Part shown: positions 1 through 11,005 of the stretch, one piece after another | Layout: the number at the start of each line of letters is the position of its first letter | Position numbering within the stretch: position 1 is the stretch's first letter | NCBI GenBank assembly: GCA_963762565.1 | Contig: CAVXLD010000001.1 | Location: 32,001-96,000 of the forward strand | Length of the DNA stretch: 64,000 nt | Origin: an uncultured Verrucomicrobiae bacterium | GTDB lineage: Bacteria; Verrucomicrobiota; Verrucomicrobiia; Chthoniobacterales; JAFAMB01 | Reading direction: 5' to 3' | Notes under the pieces: generated by a model | What the model was told of the DNA's origin: nothing | Seen by the model: the letters and a program-made list of their open reading frames with translations, nothing else | The model's database searches: none | Translations under genes and position numbers: made by a program

Positions 1-419
1 CGAAGAGTCTGACCGAACGCATCCATTTTAATACTTTCGGGGGAAATCCGGTCGTTTGTGCGCAGGGTCGCGCGGTGCTGCAGGTGATCGACCGCGAAAA
101 ACTACAACAGAATGCCCAGGACGTAGGAAATCATCTCATCCGTGGCTTTAATGAACTAGCCAAGAAGCATGATTTGATCGGCGACGTTCGCGGAAAAGGA
201 CTGATGCTCGGCGTTGAGCTGGTGAAAGACCGGAAAACCAAGGAGCCTGCCAAAGAGGAGTGTGCCCGGGTACATGAGCTCACCCGCGATTTAGGATTAC
301 TCGTTGGTAAAGGCGGCCTCTACGGGAACACGCTTCGAATCAAACCGCCTTTGTGTATCACTGAGGCGGATGCGGATTTCATGATTGATGTTCTTGATGC
401 AGCGCTGACGGCGGTTTGA
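1..419 (+). CDS. Class III PLP aminotransferase (AGXT2-like), 5' partial
   Basis: Frame open from the window start; [25 protein letters not shown] and LRIKPPL motifs. Confidence 0.9.
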   Translation, partial: KSLTERIHFNTFGGNPVVCAQGRAVLQVIDREKLQQNAQDVGNHLIRGFNELAKKHDLIGDVRGKGLMLGVELVKDRKTKEPAKEECARVHELTRDLGLLVGKGGLYGNTLRIKPPLCITEADADFMIDVLDAALTAV

Positions 420-445
420 CGGTCCCTCGCCTGAGGCTCGCCGCC

Positions 446-538
446 GAATAGCAAATAGCAAATAGCAGATAGCAAATTCGCTCGCTGCCCTGCGCTGGTT
501 TGCTCGACGGCCTATTTGCTATTTGCGATTTGCTATTC
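446..538. repeat. Inverted pair of heptamer tandem arrays (AATAGCA)n / (TATTTGC)n
   Basis: gaatagcaaatagcaaatagcagatagcaaa at 446-476 pairs with tatttgctatttgcgatttgctattc at 513-538. Confidence 0.85.
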
Positions 539-561
539 CTTAGCGAGCATCAGGCGAGCTA

Positions 562-1058
562 ATGAGCATTGCGGCCCGCCTGGATCGGTTACCGGTTTCG
601 AAGACCATTTTTAAAATGGTGACCCTGATATCCTTGGGCGCATTCTTTGAATTTTACGACATCTTCCTGACCGCCTACATCGCTCCCGGACTTTATAAGA
701 GCGGTATTTTCAACCAAGCCAGCAACAATGTTTTTGGCCTAGATAACTTCGCCACATTTATCGCGGTTTTCTTTGCCGGGCTCTTTGTAAGCACCCTCTT
801 TCTCAGTCGGATCGCGGACCATTTCGGCCGCAAGACGATCTTTAATTTCTCGTTGGCGTATTGGTCACGCTCAGCGCTAATTTCATGTCCTTTGCCTTTC
901 ACGCCTATCAAGCGGAGCTGTATCCGACCCGGATCCGGGCCCAAGGGGTCGGCTTCATCGCCTGTTGTATGATTGTCGTGGTCATCTCCATCAGCGTCTT
1001 CGGGCCTCGCACCAACCTCCTGAGTCTGGAACAGATCAATGAGGGGCCGGAAAGGTAA
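562..1058 (+). pseudogene. MFS transporter remnant with internal deletions
   Basis: N-terminus IAARLDRLP..FFEFYD..RIADHFGRK jumps in another frame to late-helix motif AYQAELYPTRIRAQGVG and then to C-terminal FGPRT..SLEQI; only about 165 codons in total. Confidence 0.75.
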
Positions 1059-1100
1059 TCTGGAGCCGATTTTCGTGGACAGGGGAGGGTCTTTGTACCG

Positions 1101-1308
1101 AAGGGACTACGAGACTGAGCCCGGGGTTTTAACCCCGGGAATACGCAAAAAACGAATCCGCCCTGAAGGGGCGGCAGATTGTTATGATCGACGACTCGTT
1201 TATTCGCGTCGACAAAGCCGAGGCACCGGTTCTACCGCCCCTACAGGGCGGGTGCCTTTCTTCGGCAATCCTGGGGTTAAAACCCTAGGCTTAGTCCTAT
1301 CGTCCCTT
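1101..1308. repeat. Nested four-arm inverted-repeat (REP/REPIN-like) element
   Basis: Outer imperfect IR gggactacgagactgagcccggggttttaaccccggg / cctggggttaaaaccctaggcttagtcctatcgtccc; inner IR ccgccctgaaggggcggcag / ctaccgcccctacagggcgg. Confidence 0.8.
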
Positions 1309-1495
1309 TGGAATTACGCCCGACAAGCCGGTCGGGAACCGCCCTATACTTTCGTATAATAGATTCGCCTCCGAGTTTTGCCGTAGTTATTTGCAAACTG
1401 CTGTACTCGAGGGCAGCATGAACCAACGAAAGAACCCCTCAGCAGTCACGACAGGCCACTAAAACCCGGCGTTACCGGAAAAAGAAAGACATTTT

Positions 1496-2398
1496 ATGAA
1501 CCCGTCTAGCATCAAGGAACAACAGCAGCGAAAATTCAGAACCCAGCCCGGCTTTATTGCTGCTCTGGACCAGAGCGGCGGCAGCACCCCAAAGGCGCTG
1601 CATGCTTATGGGATCAAGGAGGGCGCTTGGTCCAATGACGAGGAAATGTTCAATCTCGTACATGAGATGCGCGCGCGCATCATCACCAGCCCCGTCTTCA
1701 ATGGCGACCGAATCATCGGCGCGATCCTGTTCGAGGGCACAGTGGACCGGGACATCGAAGGACTACCAAGTGCGGATTATCTCTGGAACGTGAAGCGCAT
1801 CGTACCGTTCCTGAAGGTGGACAAAGGTCTAGTCGAGGAGAAGGACGGGGTCCAATTGATGAAGCCGATCCCCGGGCTGGCTGCCTTGCTCGATAAAGGC
1901 AATGCGAAGCACGTCTTCGGAACCAAAGAGCGCTCTTTCATCAAGCAGGCCAACCCCGCCGGCATCAAAGCGATTGTCGACCAGCAGTTCGAGTTGGGGG
2001 AGCAGATTATCGCGGCTGGACTCGTACCGATCATCGAGCCGGAAGTGGATATTCACTGTCCGGAGAAGGCCAAGGCAGAAGGACTGCTTAAAGCTGCCCT
2101 TCTCGAGGGGCTCAACAAGCTCCGACCCGGCCAGTTGGTCATGATTAAGATCACGTTGCCGGAGGAAGCCAACTTATACGCCGACTGTATCAAACACCCC
2201 AACGTCCTGAAGGTGGTGGCGCTGTCCGGAGGCTACTCGCTGAAGGAAGGCGATGAACGCCTTCGTCAAAATCACGGTGTCATCGCGAGCTTCTCGCGGG
2301 CGTTGCTGGACGGGTTATTGCTCCAGCAATCCGATGCCGAGTACAACGCGGTGCTGGATTCAGCGATTCAAAGCATCTACGAAGCGTCCAACACCTGA
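1496..2398 (+). CDS. fda: Class I fructose-bisphosphate aldolase (bacterial 300 aa type)
   Basis: GFIAALDQSGGSTPKAL, PFLKVDKGL, FGTKERS, PIIEPEV, VALSGGY, ASFSRAL. Confidence 0.95.
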   Translation: MNPSSIKEQQQRKFRTQPGFIAALDQSGGSTPKALHAYGIKEGAWSNDEEMFNLVHEMRARIITSPVFNGDRIIGAILFEGTVDRDIEGLPSADYLWNVKRIVPFLKVDKGLVEEKDGVQLMKPIPGLAALLDKGNAKHVFGTKERSFIKQANPAGIKAIVDQQFELGEQIIAAGLVPIIEPEVDIHCPEKAKAEGLLKAALLEGLNKLRPGQLVMIKITLPEEANLYADCIKHPNVLKVVALSGGYSLKEGDERLRQNHGVIASFSRALLDGLLLQQSDAEYNAVLDSAIQSIYEASNT

Positions 2399-2592
2399 GT
2401 TGGGACTGGTGGCGCTTGAGGGACAGGTTCGCCAAACTGGTGATTTGACCTGTCCCTCGCGAGGCGCTTCGTCGCGCGGCGCTCTTGTCCGTGAAGATTG
2501 AGAGGCCACACAACAGAGCGCGGACCGAATCCAGGCTGTGCATCACCAAGTTCCTCTGTTGACCACGGCCTCGCAAGCGAGGCGCGCTTGAA

Positions 2593-4154
2593 TTAGTGAG
2601 CTGCAACGGCGCCGCCTGCTTGGGTCTTCTTGCACAGCCAAATCGTGCCGGACCCAACTAAGAGAATAATGCCAAGAACCAGAAAGCATTCGCTATAGGC
2701 CATCACAAACGAGTTCGTTTGAATCGAAGCTTGGAGCATTCGATAGGCCTGTTGCATGGCGCCTGCTGGATCTCCCGTATGTTGCAGGTTCTGGGCGGAT
2801 TGGTTGGATAGATATTGTTGCACGTAAGGGTTATAGGGCGTCACTCCTTCTCCTATCCGGAAATCATGAAATTGTTCACGTTGAGTGATCATGGTGCTCA
2901 ACAGCGCCGTGCCCAGGCTGCCACCCAGGTTTCTCATGATATTGAAGAGAGCCGATCCGTCCGCCTGTTGTTCCCTGAGTAGCCCAGCGGTTGCCACCGC
3001 CGATAGAGGCACGATCGTGAACGGTTGCCCCAGCGCGCGGACGATATTGGCGAGTTGAAATTGCGGTCCACCATACTGGGGATTCATGTAAATATTCATC
3101 AAACAGCTGCCCCCGAAAATCAGCGCCCCAACAAAGACGATCAAACGAAGGTCGAACTTTTTCATGAGACGGGGGACGAACGGGAAGATCAGAAGTTGCG
3201 GGAGCCCAATCAGTACCATGGCTTCGCCGGTTTGACTGGCGCTGTAGTTTTGGACCTGCTCAAGGTATTCCGGCAAAAGAAACACGGAACCGTATAAACT
3301 TGCGCCCATGATAAAATTTACTGCCGAGGCCAAGCCTAAGTTGCGGATCCGGAGTAAGCGCAGATTGACAATCGGAGTTTTGCTGACGAGCTCGCAGATA
3401 ATAAAGAGAGGGATGAAAATTACCGCGAGCGTAAAACAGCGTTGGATAAAGACGCTGGTAAACCAATCGTCATTTTGCCCTTCTTCCAGAAATGCGATGA
3501 GCGAGCCTAGTCCGATGGCCATAAAAACCGTACCGAGCCAATCGCCTTTCCAGAATAAAGGCATATTCAGCGGTTCTGGATCGACCGCGAAAAGGATCGC
3601 GGCCAGCATTATCGCACCGGGGATAAGATTGATGTAGAAGACCATCGGCCAGCCATAGTTGTCTGTAAGCAGACCACCTATGTAAGGTCCAATAGCGGGC
3701 GCTAAAGTGGCGGTAACTCCGAAGAGGACCAACCCAACAGCACGTCGTGAAGGAGGCAGCTGGGTGTTAATCACCGTGAATGACATGGGAATCATCACAC
3801 CTCCGGTGAATCCTTGGAGCGCCCGGTAAAAAATCATCTGGGTAAGCTCGGTGGCCGTTCCGCAAAGCCCGGAAAACACCAGGAACAAAGAAACATTTAC
3901 CAGAAGATAGAGGCGTACCCCGAAAACTCGTCCCCACCAGGCGGTGAGCGGAATCGTAATAATTTCCCCGATCAGATAGCTCGTGGAAACCCAGGAAGCT
4001 TCGACAGAGGTGGAGCCGATCCCGCCGGTGATCTCGCGCAGGGAGGCATTGGTGATCTGGATGTCGAGCACCGCCATAAAAGCTCCCAGAATCGTACCCA
4101 GGACTGCAATCCAGGTGCGTAGGCTGACATGTTCTTCTTGTGATGATGTGACAT
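2593..4154 (-). CDS. emrB: DHA2/EmrB-family efflux MFS permease (probable 1-nt indel just after ATG 4154)
   Basis: 14-TM pattern; GAFMAVLDIQITN, APAIGPYIGG, LEEGQNDDWF, FNIMRNLGGSLG; TM1 (RTWIAVLGTILGAF) continues in frame upstream of the listed start 4077. Confidence 0.88.
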
Positions 4155-4479
4155 AACGTGAGAGGTGGTGCGAAGTGATCAGTGATCAGTAACCAATAAT
4201 CGGTGCATTTCGGACCGACCGCAGTACTCCATAACTCCAGTACTCCGTCACTCCGCGCGGCCGGATTCGAGGACGGCCTGTCCGACGAAGCCAAAGCTCT
4301 ATGTTGCCAACCGCTGAATGTCGGCCTCGCAAGCGAGGCGCGCTCCACAACCGGGACGTTGGCGAAGGCGGAAGGACGACGACGAAAACAGCCTGCCCGA
4401 CGTAGCTCATGGTTTGTAAGCCGCAACCCCTTTTGGCCAGCGAAGTCGGGAGAACGAAGTCCATGGTCAGTGGCGGCCG

Positions 4480-5733
4480 TTACTGCACGACTCCGATTGC
4501 GGGAGCACCATGAATTTGCGTGATCGGCTCGCTCGCGAGTTGATGCGATGGCTTTTGGTTTTCCGGGGCTTCCGGATAGGGTTTATCGATCAGTGGTTGG
4601 GTAACGGCGATGCTGGGTTCCGTCGATAGGCCAGGAACAATTTTGTCACGAACAGCTTTGATACTTTCCGGATCGAACAAAATTTTTACCGGTACACGTT
4701 GGACGATCTTAATAAAGTTGCCCGTGGCGTTGTCCGGCGGAAGCAAAGCGAAATTCGAGCCGGTGCCAGGTTGGAGACTGTCAACCCGACCCTTGAACCG
4801 GTAGTGCGGCAACGCATCGATTTTGATGTCGACCGGCTGGCCCACCCGGATTCTCTCCAGCTGCGTCTCTTTGAAATTTGCTTCAATCCAGACATTGTCC
4901 TCGACCACCGCCATCAACGCCTGACCCACGGAAACCCGGTTTCCGGTTTGAACCGATTTTTCGGCAATCCGCCCGGAAACTGGAGCCACGATGGTGCAGT
5001 AGGAAAGTTGGAGTTCCGAATTCTTAACTTGCGCCTGAGCGGCTGCGGCTTCGGCACGCGCCGCTTCTTCTTGAGCATGCGCCACCTTCAGATTTTCCTT
5101 AGCCACATTCACCGCTGCCAGGTTGGCTTTGTACGTAGCAACGCTGGTCTCGGCCTGAGACTGAGCCGTGTCGAGGTCCTGTTTCGAAATGACTCCCCTA
5201 CCCTGGTAGAAGAGTTGGTTGTTCCGCTCAAAAGTGCGCTGCAAATAGTCGGAATTTGCCTTAGCAGAATCGGCCTGGGCTTGCGCCTGGGCTAACTGAG
5301 CCTCGACCAGCGGTATCTGCGCAATTGCCTGCAGGAGTTGGGCTTGAGCTTGCAGGTAGCTAGCCTCATCCTTTTGCAGTGCAACCTGGTAATCCCGCGG
5401 GTCCAGTTTTAAGAGGGGTTGCCCGGCAGTAACATGCCAGTTGTCGTCAACCAAGACCTCTTGGACCGTACCCGTGATGCGGGAGCTGATCTGGTGGGTA
5501 TAACCGCTGACATAAGCATCGTCGGTGTCCTCGTGGGTAGAAGCATACATCCAATACCGGACACCGAAAAAGAGGCCGAGGATGGCAATTACGGCGCCGA
5601 TAACCACAAAACGGCGGGGTGGACCGTTCCTTTGTTTGCCTTTGCGATCGGCATCGCTGTTTTGATTCGCGCTACCCGCAGGCGGTCGAGCTGCAACGTG
5701 ATTGAGCGGAAGCGTTTTTTCTTGGACTGCCAT
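4480..5733 (-). CDS. emrA: HlyD/EmrA-family membrane fusion protein
   Basis: N-terminal TM, TDDAYV, LDPRDY, IEANFKETQL, FALLPPDNATGNFIKIVQRVPVKI. Confidence 0.92.
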   Translation of the reverse strand: MAVQEKTLPLNHVAARPPAGSANQNSDADRKGKQRNGPPRRFVVIGAVIAILGLFFGVRYWMYASTHEDTDDAYVSGYTHQISSRITGTVQEVLVDDNWHVTAGQPLLKLDPRDYQVALQKDEASYLQAQAQLLQAIAQIPLVEAQLAQAQAQADSAKANSDYLQRTFERNNQLFYQGRGVISKQDLDTAQSQAETSVATYKANLAAVNVAKENLKVAHAQEEAARAEAAAAQAQVKNSELQLSYCTIVAPVSGRIAEKSVQTGNRVSVGQALMAVVEDNVWIEANFKETQLERIRVGQPVDIKIDALPHYRFKGRVDSLQPGTGSNFALLPPDNATGNFIKIVQRVPVKILFDPESIKAVRDKIVPGLSTEPSIAVTQPLIDKPYPEAPENQKPSHQLASEPITQIHGAPAIGVVQ

Positions 5734-5820
5734 AAGCGTGTGTTGGTTTGAAAAAGGTCAAAGCGAAGGGCTAAGAGCGTCGAGCTCGAAGATTTCACTA
5801 GTTGACCAAACAAATTTTGT

Positions 5821-5842
5821 GATTACGTTACGTAACGTCATC
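5821..5842. promoter_or_regulatory. Palindromic operator, probably bound by TetR
   Basis: gattACGTTACGTAACGTcatc: perfect 14 bp core with gat/atc flanks, between divergent emrA and tetR. Confidence 0.65.
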
Positions 5843-5852
5843 ATTTAAATTT

Positions 5853-6704
5853 ATGTTGTCAAGTGCTTCTGTCATTCCCGATCCAACCGGCCTCTTCCCG
5901 GAGCCCGAAGCGGACGGTTTGCTTTTGGTCTCGAGAAAAATTCACTCAAATAAACTTCGCCCCAGGCCTCGAAAAAGAACGCCTCAAACCCGGCCCAGAA
6001 CGGGAAACCAACGCAATCCGCTGTTGCACCAGGCGATCATTGCTGCCGCTACCGAAGTGCTGACCAAGAAAGGACCGTCCCGTTTTACCATTGAGGCCGT
6101 AGCAAAATTGGCCGGATGCGGCAAACCCACGATTTACCGATGGTGGCCGTCCCGTCATGCATTGCTACTGGAAGTCTACCTTCAAACCTCCAAACGAGAG
6201 GTGGTTGAGGCCGAAGGAAAAGACCTAGCGAAAGATCTCGCCATGATGCTGCGAAAAGTCTGGCGATTGTGGCGCGACGATTATAGCGGGTCTCTTTTTC
6301 GCCTGATTCTATCCGAAATGATGCTCGACAAAGAAGGGGCCCGCTATTTGCGCGAGGTCTTTATTCCGAAACGGCAAGCTTTTACGGCAATCGCCTTTCA
6401 AACGGCGAAAGATCGCGGGGAAATTTCGCCGGAACTAGACATCAAATTCCTACTGGATCTCTTTTATGGCTATTCGTTTTTCCGCCTGATAACGGCACAA
6501 CTCGACGACGATGAGATCCCCGACCGAATTAGCGCCACTATTGCCAAACTCGCGCGGAGCGGTGTTCCGGATCCCGGGCACGCGGCGAACGGGCGAAACG
6601 GCGAACGGGCGTGTGGGCGCGCCGGCGACACGGGCGTAACGCCGATGCGGAGGCCTTTTAGCTCTGGGTGCGACCTGGTCCCGTGGAATTGCGTTTTCTT
6701 TTAG
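5853..6704 (+). CDS. TetR/AcrR-family regulator, copy 1 (homologous start position about 5964)
   Basis: HTH FTIEAVAKLAGCGKPTIYRWWPS; C-terminal AKDRGEI. Confidence 0.88.
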   Translation: MLSSASVIPDPTGLFPEPEADGLLLVSRKIHSNKLRPRPRKRTPQTRPRTGNQRNPLLHQAIIAAATEVLTKKGPSRFTIEAVAKLAGCGKPTIYRWWPSRHALLLEVYLQTSKREVVEAEGKDLAKDLAMMLRKVWRLWRDDYSGSLFRLILSEMMLDKEGARYLREVFIPKRQAFTAIAFQTAKDRGEISPELDIKFLLDLFYGYSFFRLITAQLDDDEIPDRISATIAKLARSGVPDPGHAANGRNGERACGRAGDTGVTPMRRPFSSGCDLVPWNCVFF

Positions 6705-6762
6705 GGGCATAGGTGGTTTAGTTGATTCTTCGATGGCCCTTTTGCTTAACTAACTCTTTTCC

Positions 6763-7512
6763 ATGCCTCGAAGAAAAACGGCTCTGACCCGGCCAAGAAC
6801 GGGGAACCAACGCAATCCAGTGCTGCACCAGGCGATCATTGCTGCCGCCACGGAAGTGCTGGCCAAGGAAGGGCCAACCCGTTTTACGATTGAGGCAGTC
6901 GCAAAATTGGCCGGATGCGGCAAACCCACCATCTATCGATGGTGGCCCTCCCGACCCGCGTTGCTATTGGAAGTCTTCGATCAGGCGGTTGCCCAAGAGT
7001 TGGTTGAACCCGAAGGTAAAGATCTGGCGAAAGATCTCGCCACCATGCTGCGAAAAGTCTGGCGACTCTGGCGAACCGAGTCGATGGGGCCACTTTATCG
7101 CCTGATTCTATCCGAAATGATGCTCGAAAAAGAAGGAGCCCGCTATTTGCGCGAGGTCTTTATTCCTAGACGTCAGGCTTTCACCGGGCTTGCGTTTCAA
7201 GCGGCCAAAGATCGCGGCGAAATTCCCGCAGACACGGACGTTAAATTGCTGATGGATCTTCTCTATGGCTATTCGCTGTTCCGCCTGATAACGCGACAGA
7301 TCGACGATGATGAGATCCCCGACCGAGTTAGCGCCGCCATCGCCAAGCTTGCGCGGAGCGACGTTCCCGCGGTCGTGCGAACGAAGAAGCGCGCGGGCAC
7401 GAGGCGGGCGAGTGGGCGATACGGCGATACGGCGAAGGGGCGCATCGGCGAAACGCCGAACGCCGAACGCCAAACGCTAACCGCTAACCCCTTCACGTTT
7501 AACCGCTCTTAA
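6763..7512 (+). CDS. TetR/AcrR-family regulator, copy 2 (tandem paralog)
   Basis: HTH identical to copy 1; tail runs into GGCGA-type repeats. Confidence 0.9.
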   Translation: MPRRKTALTRPRTGNQRNPVLHQAIIAAATEVLAKEGPTRFTIEAVAKLAGCGKPTIYRWWPSRPALLLEVFDQAVAQELVEPEGKDLAKDLATMLRKVWRLWRTESMGPLYRLILSEMMLEKEGARYLREVFIPRRQAFTGLAFQAAKDRGEIPADTDVKLLMDLLYGYSLFRLITRQIDDDEIPDRVSAAIAKLARSDVPAVVRTKKRAGTRRASGRYGDTAKGRIGETPNAERQTLTANPFTFNRS

Positions 7513-7666
7513 GGCTGGTTCGTACGCTTCTTTCCGCGCTTAGGCGCAATAACTGGTTGGGCGTTATGCCGGGTTCTATTTACCCGGATGCAAAAGCTTT
7601 CTGGGATCTCACTCGAGCTGCCGGAGAACGCAAGCCGGCCGAGGTCTGACTGCAGTTCTTCTCGGT

Positions 7667-8608
7667 TTGGTTTTGGCGTCCGGCGCTCGTGGCCAACAGG
7701 TTGGCGCCCTTGGTCCGGTCGATTCCGACAAAGAGCCGGTTTCTAAAGCCGTTCAGCCTTTACCGACTGCCTCGCTCGATTTGTCTAAGGTCATTGATCT
7801 GAACATAGACTACTCGTTTCTCGCTCGGGAAAATCTGCCAAACAGTCAATCGGCTTATGGCCGGATTGGCGAGCAACAGATCGGTGTACGAGCAAATTTG
7901 AGTCTGCCGGTCAACGAGCAACTGTCTCTAAGCATTGGCGGCTTCTACAATAATTTCCTTTTTGATTTGGGGAATCCGAACGCTTTCCCCCGCATTCCGC
8001 TCGTGGATAACTTGGGGACTGTCGGCGCTAGCTTTGGCTTTGTATACAAGGCGTCCTCTACATTCTCAATCTTAGGAGAAGTGTCGCCCGACTTCAGCGG
8101 CGATCTAAACAAACTGACTAGCAAAGACTTCCAAATCGGGGGGATGCTTGCAGTTCGCTACTCTCCTTACGGCAATGACAAACTGTTTTTCTTGCTGGGT
8201 ATCCGCACAAGATCCGACGCGCAGCTCGTGGTCGCGCCGGTCGTCGGCGTCCGTTGGCAGCCGAACGACGTATTGACATTCAATTTGACAGTGCCTCGAC
8301 CGGAGATTGACTGGAAACTGAGTCGCCGAATCACCCTCTTCGCTGACGGCCAATTTAACGGCGGCGATTTCCGGGTTCCGGATTCGACCGGTACTGCTAT
8401 CGGCAAGCCTCAATTTAACAACGCGGTCCTTACCTATCGCGAAATCCGACTTGGAGGAGGTCTGCGCTTGAAAATTCTTCCATTTGCCGCTGTGCAAACG
8501 GAGGCAGGGGAAGCGCTGGGTCGTGATTTCGATTACTATCGCATCCACGAGAATCTGAAGGTGAACAATGCGCCATACATGGACACGAAGCTCATTTTTT
8601 CGTTCTGA
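7667..8608 (+). CDS. Outer-membrane beta-barrel protein (DUF6268-like); true start probably upstream
   Basis: Alternating amphipathic strands, PVVGVRWQP..FNLTVPRPEIDWKL, terminal Phe (KLIFSF). Confidence 0.65.
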   Translation: MVLASGARGQQVGALGPVDSDKEPVSKAVQPLPTASLDLSKVIDLNIDYSFLARENLPNSQSAYGRIGEQQIGVRANLSLPVNEQLSLSIGGFYNNFLFDLGNPNAFPRIPLVDNLGTVGASFGFVYKASSTFSILGEVSPDFSGDLNKLTSKDFQIGGMLAVRYSPYGNDKLFFLLGIRTRSDAQLVVAPVVGVRWQPNDVLTFNLTVPRPEIDWKLSRRITLFADGQFNGGDFRVPDSTGTAIGKPQFNNAVLTYREIRLGGGLRLKILPFAAVQTEAGEALGRDFDYYRIHENLKVNNAPYMDTKLIFSF

Positions 8609-8889
8609 ATGCGCGGGGCCATGGCGCCCGAATCAGGGAGGGCGCGCAGCCTGTCCGACGAAGAGTGAAAGGGGAGGGGAAAGTGGGTAAGGAGTGGGAG
8701 GGGGGATGGGTGGGGTGCCTGTGGCTTTTCGGTTGTTTGCCCTTTCGCTTGGCGAAGCCGGATCCCCGCGCGCCGCGAGGACGCGTCCCAGCGAAAGAAC
8801 GAAATGACCGGAAAAAGGAGAGAAAAAAAGAAGAGAAGAAAGAAAAAGAAAAAGAGACTGATAGATAAAGTAATATTGAAAATAAAATC

Positions 8890-9170
8890 AGGCTACAAGG
8901 CCAGTTCAATTTCGTCATGATTAGCGGTTCAGCCCATGACTTGCCCAGAGGCGGACGGGTTGTAGAGCAGAACGTTAAGGCAGCGTTAGCGGCGGCATAT
9001 GGACAGGAAGAAATAGGAGGAGACCCTATCTTCTTGGAAGAAGAAAGATAACTACAGCAAACGCGTGGCGCAGATCACCAGGCAACAACGGTATCCGCAG
9101 GAAGAAGATAGAGCCGAGTTTCTTGCCTCGACAGCGCGCGGGATATCGACATACGCCGTAACAATTGAAA
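8890..9170 (-). pseudogene. Degraded response-regulator receiver fragment
   Basis: Reverse strand reads IVTAYVDIPRAVEA..KLGSIFFL, resembling the receiver motif TAYGDIxxAVEAMKLGA. Confidence 0.45.
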
Positions 9171-9799
9171 AAAGGGTATAGAAAAAGACTAAGGACATCT
9201 TAGTTAGCATCTCTAGTAAGTCGGTTGCATGCAGTAGCAGGACGAGAATAACAAGCTCACACCAATATTAGGTGAGCATATGGAAAGCGAGCTCGAATGA
9301 GGGCGATTCGAAATTTCGTAGCCGTAAATCAAGAGCCATCGAAAGCTACACGACAATGGTTTCGTTATAGACGATAAGAATTCATTTGGACATGGAATGA
9401 TATGAAGAGAGTTCGATCAAAGCTTGAGCTAACGAAAAGAAAGGAAGGTAAGATAAAGAAAGGTAAAAAGAGTACGACTGGTTAATGGAATGGATTTAAT
9501 TGCGGAGATGAAAATACGCGACTTTCCAAAGAAAGGGGTTCAGCGAGATACCGATCATATTAGCGACTCGCTATTCTCATTGATATCGCATCATGCGTGG
9601 CCGGTAAGCGCCTGCTCAAGGAATGGAACTTGTGTGGCCTCTGCGGCCTGAGAAGAAAAAGATCTCGGTGAAAGAAATGAGCTTGACGGGATTGTCGTTC
9701 ACGTGAGGTCTCGAATAATGTTCCTACTATCTCTGTTTTTTTACTTTACTCTTTTCGCTTTTCATTTGATTTCTTGTGCTTTTGCTAAAGCGACTTTGT

Positions 9800-10107
9800 G
9801 TAGCGTTCTCTCGTGAGTTCGATGAGGCGGCTTCGACGTCTGTGGGCGACGCTTGATCGTGACAAGCGTCGCGTTGCAAAAAGTCCACCATTTTCCCCAT
9901 CGCCGTCGCTCGATGTCAAGCCGTTCGGCAAGGGCGCTGACCGCGGCGCTTCCAATTGGTTTAAGGCGCCAGGGTCAGAAATTGTGTGATCCGAAGCCCC
10001 GAGGCCTCAAGATGGGCGTCATAGAAGCGGGAGATCTGGCGCGCTGCCTTCCTCATGGCGAAGCAGTTGCACTGATCGATCCCGAGTGATTGGTTGACCT
10101 GCAGCAT
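9800..10107 (-). pseudogene. MarR-family regulator (frameshifted in consensus)
   Basis: MLQVNQSLGIDQCNCFAMRKAARQISRFYDAHLEASGLRITQFLTL..SALAERLDIER..SRLIELT across frames. Confidence 0.75.
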
Positions 10108-10149
10108 CCTTAATCTCTCACGACATCGTTAAATTGTCCGAAGCCGCGC

Positions 10150-11005
10150 TGGTCAGACAAAAGCCTTCCGATGTTTTTCGATGAAAGCCGAGATCGAAAA
10201 CGGCGGCTTCGGTGATCTTCCCACCCATCGTTGGTCCGCGAAGATACCTTCCGGTAGTCTGCGCGACTTCGACGAGGTGCTGCCCAGGAACGGTGGAAAC
10301 TTGTACGCTCGATCTTTTGCTTGAACACCTCAATGGAAGTCGGCGCGTACTCGATCTTCGCTCCGAGCACCTCGCTCATAGCAGCGGCGATTCGGTATGG
10401 TTCATCTCGACCGGACCATGGAGGGTGTAAATTTTACCTTCGCAGCCGGCTGGCTTTGAAGAAGGTAGGCGATGACCTCTGATCCTCCGCGCTGATCGGG
10501 CTGACGCCCATTTTCGAAGGGAAATTCGATCTTTTTCTGGCCTTAACCTCCTTCGAGAAATTCGGGCAGAACAGTTAGTCTGCTAATAGGTGGGGCGAAG
10601 ATGCGTCGTGTCCACGTCTGACCAGTCGAAGACTTGTTCAGAAACTCAGTGGTCCTGCGCGGCGTGGCTCGTTGACTCTCGCCGTGCCGAAATCTGCGAC
10701 ATGTTGACGATTGCGTGACGCCGGCTTCCTTCGCGGCCTGTGCGAAATAAGCGGCGGCGCTGTTGATACCCGGCGCGATTGGATGAAGGAAATAGGCCGA
10801 GCTGATGCCTCCATGGCCGCACGGATGTGATCGATGTCGGTGGAATCGCCGACGGCAATAGCAGCTCCGCGCTGTCTCAAGGCGGCCGCCGCTCGTCATC
10901 CGAGCGCACATAAGCTCGGATGCGCTTTCTCATCTCCAACAGATGTCGATGGCGAACCGCGGTACGACCGGTGGCGCCGCTCACTAGAATGTCAGCTTGA
11001 TTCAT
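10150..11005 (-). pseudogene. NmrA-family NAD(P)-binding protein (frameshifted in consensus)
   Basis: MNQADILVSGATGRT, AVGDSTDIDHIRAAM, AAAYFAQAAKEAGV, IVNMSQISARRES..HAAQDH. Confidence 0.8.

Noticed and set aside
9350..9600. Possible second receiver domain or APRT-like KIRDFPKKGV on the plus strand
   Set aside because: Only scattered short motifs in different frames within corrupted sequence; too weak to call
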